Source: Hypanus sabinus
Lineage: Eukaryota
Length of the DNA stretch: 64,000 nt
Assembly (NCBI RefSeq): GCF_030144855.1
Contig: NC_082709.1
Coordinates: forward strand, 161,014,001-161,078,000
Direction: 5' to 3'
The position numbers were made by a program, and so were the translations under genes. Each line of letters opens with the position of its first letter. The first letter of the stretch is position 1. The notes below the pieces were generated by a model. That model had not been told where the DNA came from. It saw nothing but the letters and a program-made list of their open reading frames with translations, and did not search any database. Positions 63,046 through 64,000 of the stretch are shown here, piece by piece.

Positions 63046-64000
63046 GGTATGAGACTGCTTTGGCATTGTTGTTTTTGCAGAATAGAAGGAATTGTGTTGC
63101 TACAGTCCACAGGTTGTTTCACATATGCTGGTTTAATCTTATAACCGGTCTCGGATTATAATTTCATAGCCGTATTATGACAAGTTTGTTGGATAATTGA
63201 GGTTACAATGACATTTATGACTGTTAGGGTACACTAGTAAGGCTCCTGACTATGTATTGCTAACAATTCACTGAAAAAAAACACAAATTTTTGGAGGAAC
63301 TTGGTGAGAACACAGGGGAGGAGTCAGTGATACGTGAACAAAGGTGGGATGAAGGATGATGTTATAGGAATAAATGGCAGGACCAGGGTTAGATCAGATG
63401 AAGGGGTAAAGAGAGAGAGAGAGAGAGACTGAGAGAAAAGAACACGACAGTTAGGGTCTCTAGTCCTCCAATATTTTCTCCTTTCCCATACCCATCCACC
63501 TGATTCTGTCCCACTCCTCCTTCCCCCCCCCCCCACCTACTGTTTTATTCACCTGTTATCTATAGATTTGACGCACAAGATCCTCTCCCCAATCTGGTTT
63601 CATTAACCCTTCACCTCTCCCCTGCTTCTTCCCATTATCACTATAGTTTCTTATCAGATTCTGGCACTGGTACTCTTATTGTTCCAGCTTGTCATCCTCC
63701 AGCACTGTGTCCACCTTCATCTTTCCCTCCTCCCAATCTATCTCCACCTGCCCTTTCCCCTCACAGCAGCTACTTGACCTGTTGAGTTCCTTTTTGGGGT
63801 TTTTTTGTTTCAGATTCCAGCATCTGCTGTCTTGTGCATCTTCCAGTCACTCACTGAGGGGAAACAAAGTCTCACAACATTTCCCTTTGATTCTTGTGCC
63901 AATAATTCTCTTGTACTACATCCTATGGTTTTGGACATCCCACCAATTTAAATAGTTTCTCTTTCAGTCTATTTGGTATGACCTCTTCATTATTTTAAAT

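Noticed and set aside
63081-63112. Possible second exon of the 61.6 kb gene
   Set aside because: A direct join to exon 1 creates TGA, and the donor gttgtt is weak
1-64000. CRISPR arrays, rRNA, operons or other prokaryotic systems
   Set aside because: None seen; the sequence is intron-rich eukaryotic DNA

Overview
Eukaryotic genomic DNA, AT-rich and repeat-dense. The mix of CR1 LINEs, V-SINEs, Penelope-like elements and Rex/Babar and L1 fragments suggests a cartilaginous fish, probably a ray or shark (inference). Main contents: (1) A spliced + strand gene missed by the ORF track, with seven coding exons (41452-54316), all GT-AG and in phase, giving 316 aa. Its C-terminal two-thirds resemble the Cut8/Sts1 nuclear-proteasome tethering family, and its N-terminus carries a perfect APC/C D-box, two full CDK sites and a bipartite NLS. 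This is the best candidate for an undescribed system here. (2) A full-length but decayed CsRN1-clade Gypsy retrotransposon (8028-12247) with an ATAC target-site duplication, tRNA-Trp PBS, CHCC Gag and a -1 frameshift signal with a candidate pseudoknot. (3) A Neptune-type Penelope element and several fold-back remnants carrying minimal hammerhead ribozyme cores. (4) A solo LTR, Tigger and Tc1 MITEs, SINEs and many LINE fragments. (5) A divergent minus-strand promoter and non-coding first exon at about 38.9 kb, and the CpG-rich first exon of another + strand gene at 61.6 kb. There are two N gaps (4804-5449, 50890-51020). Family assignments come from motif recognition only; no searches were run, and the boundaries of decayed repeats are approximate.
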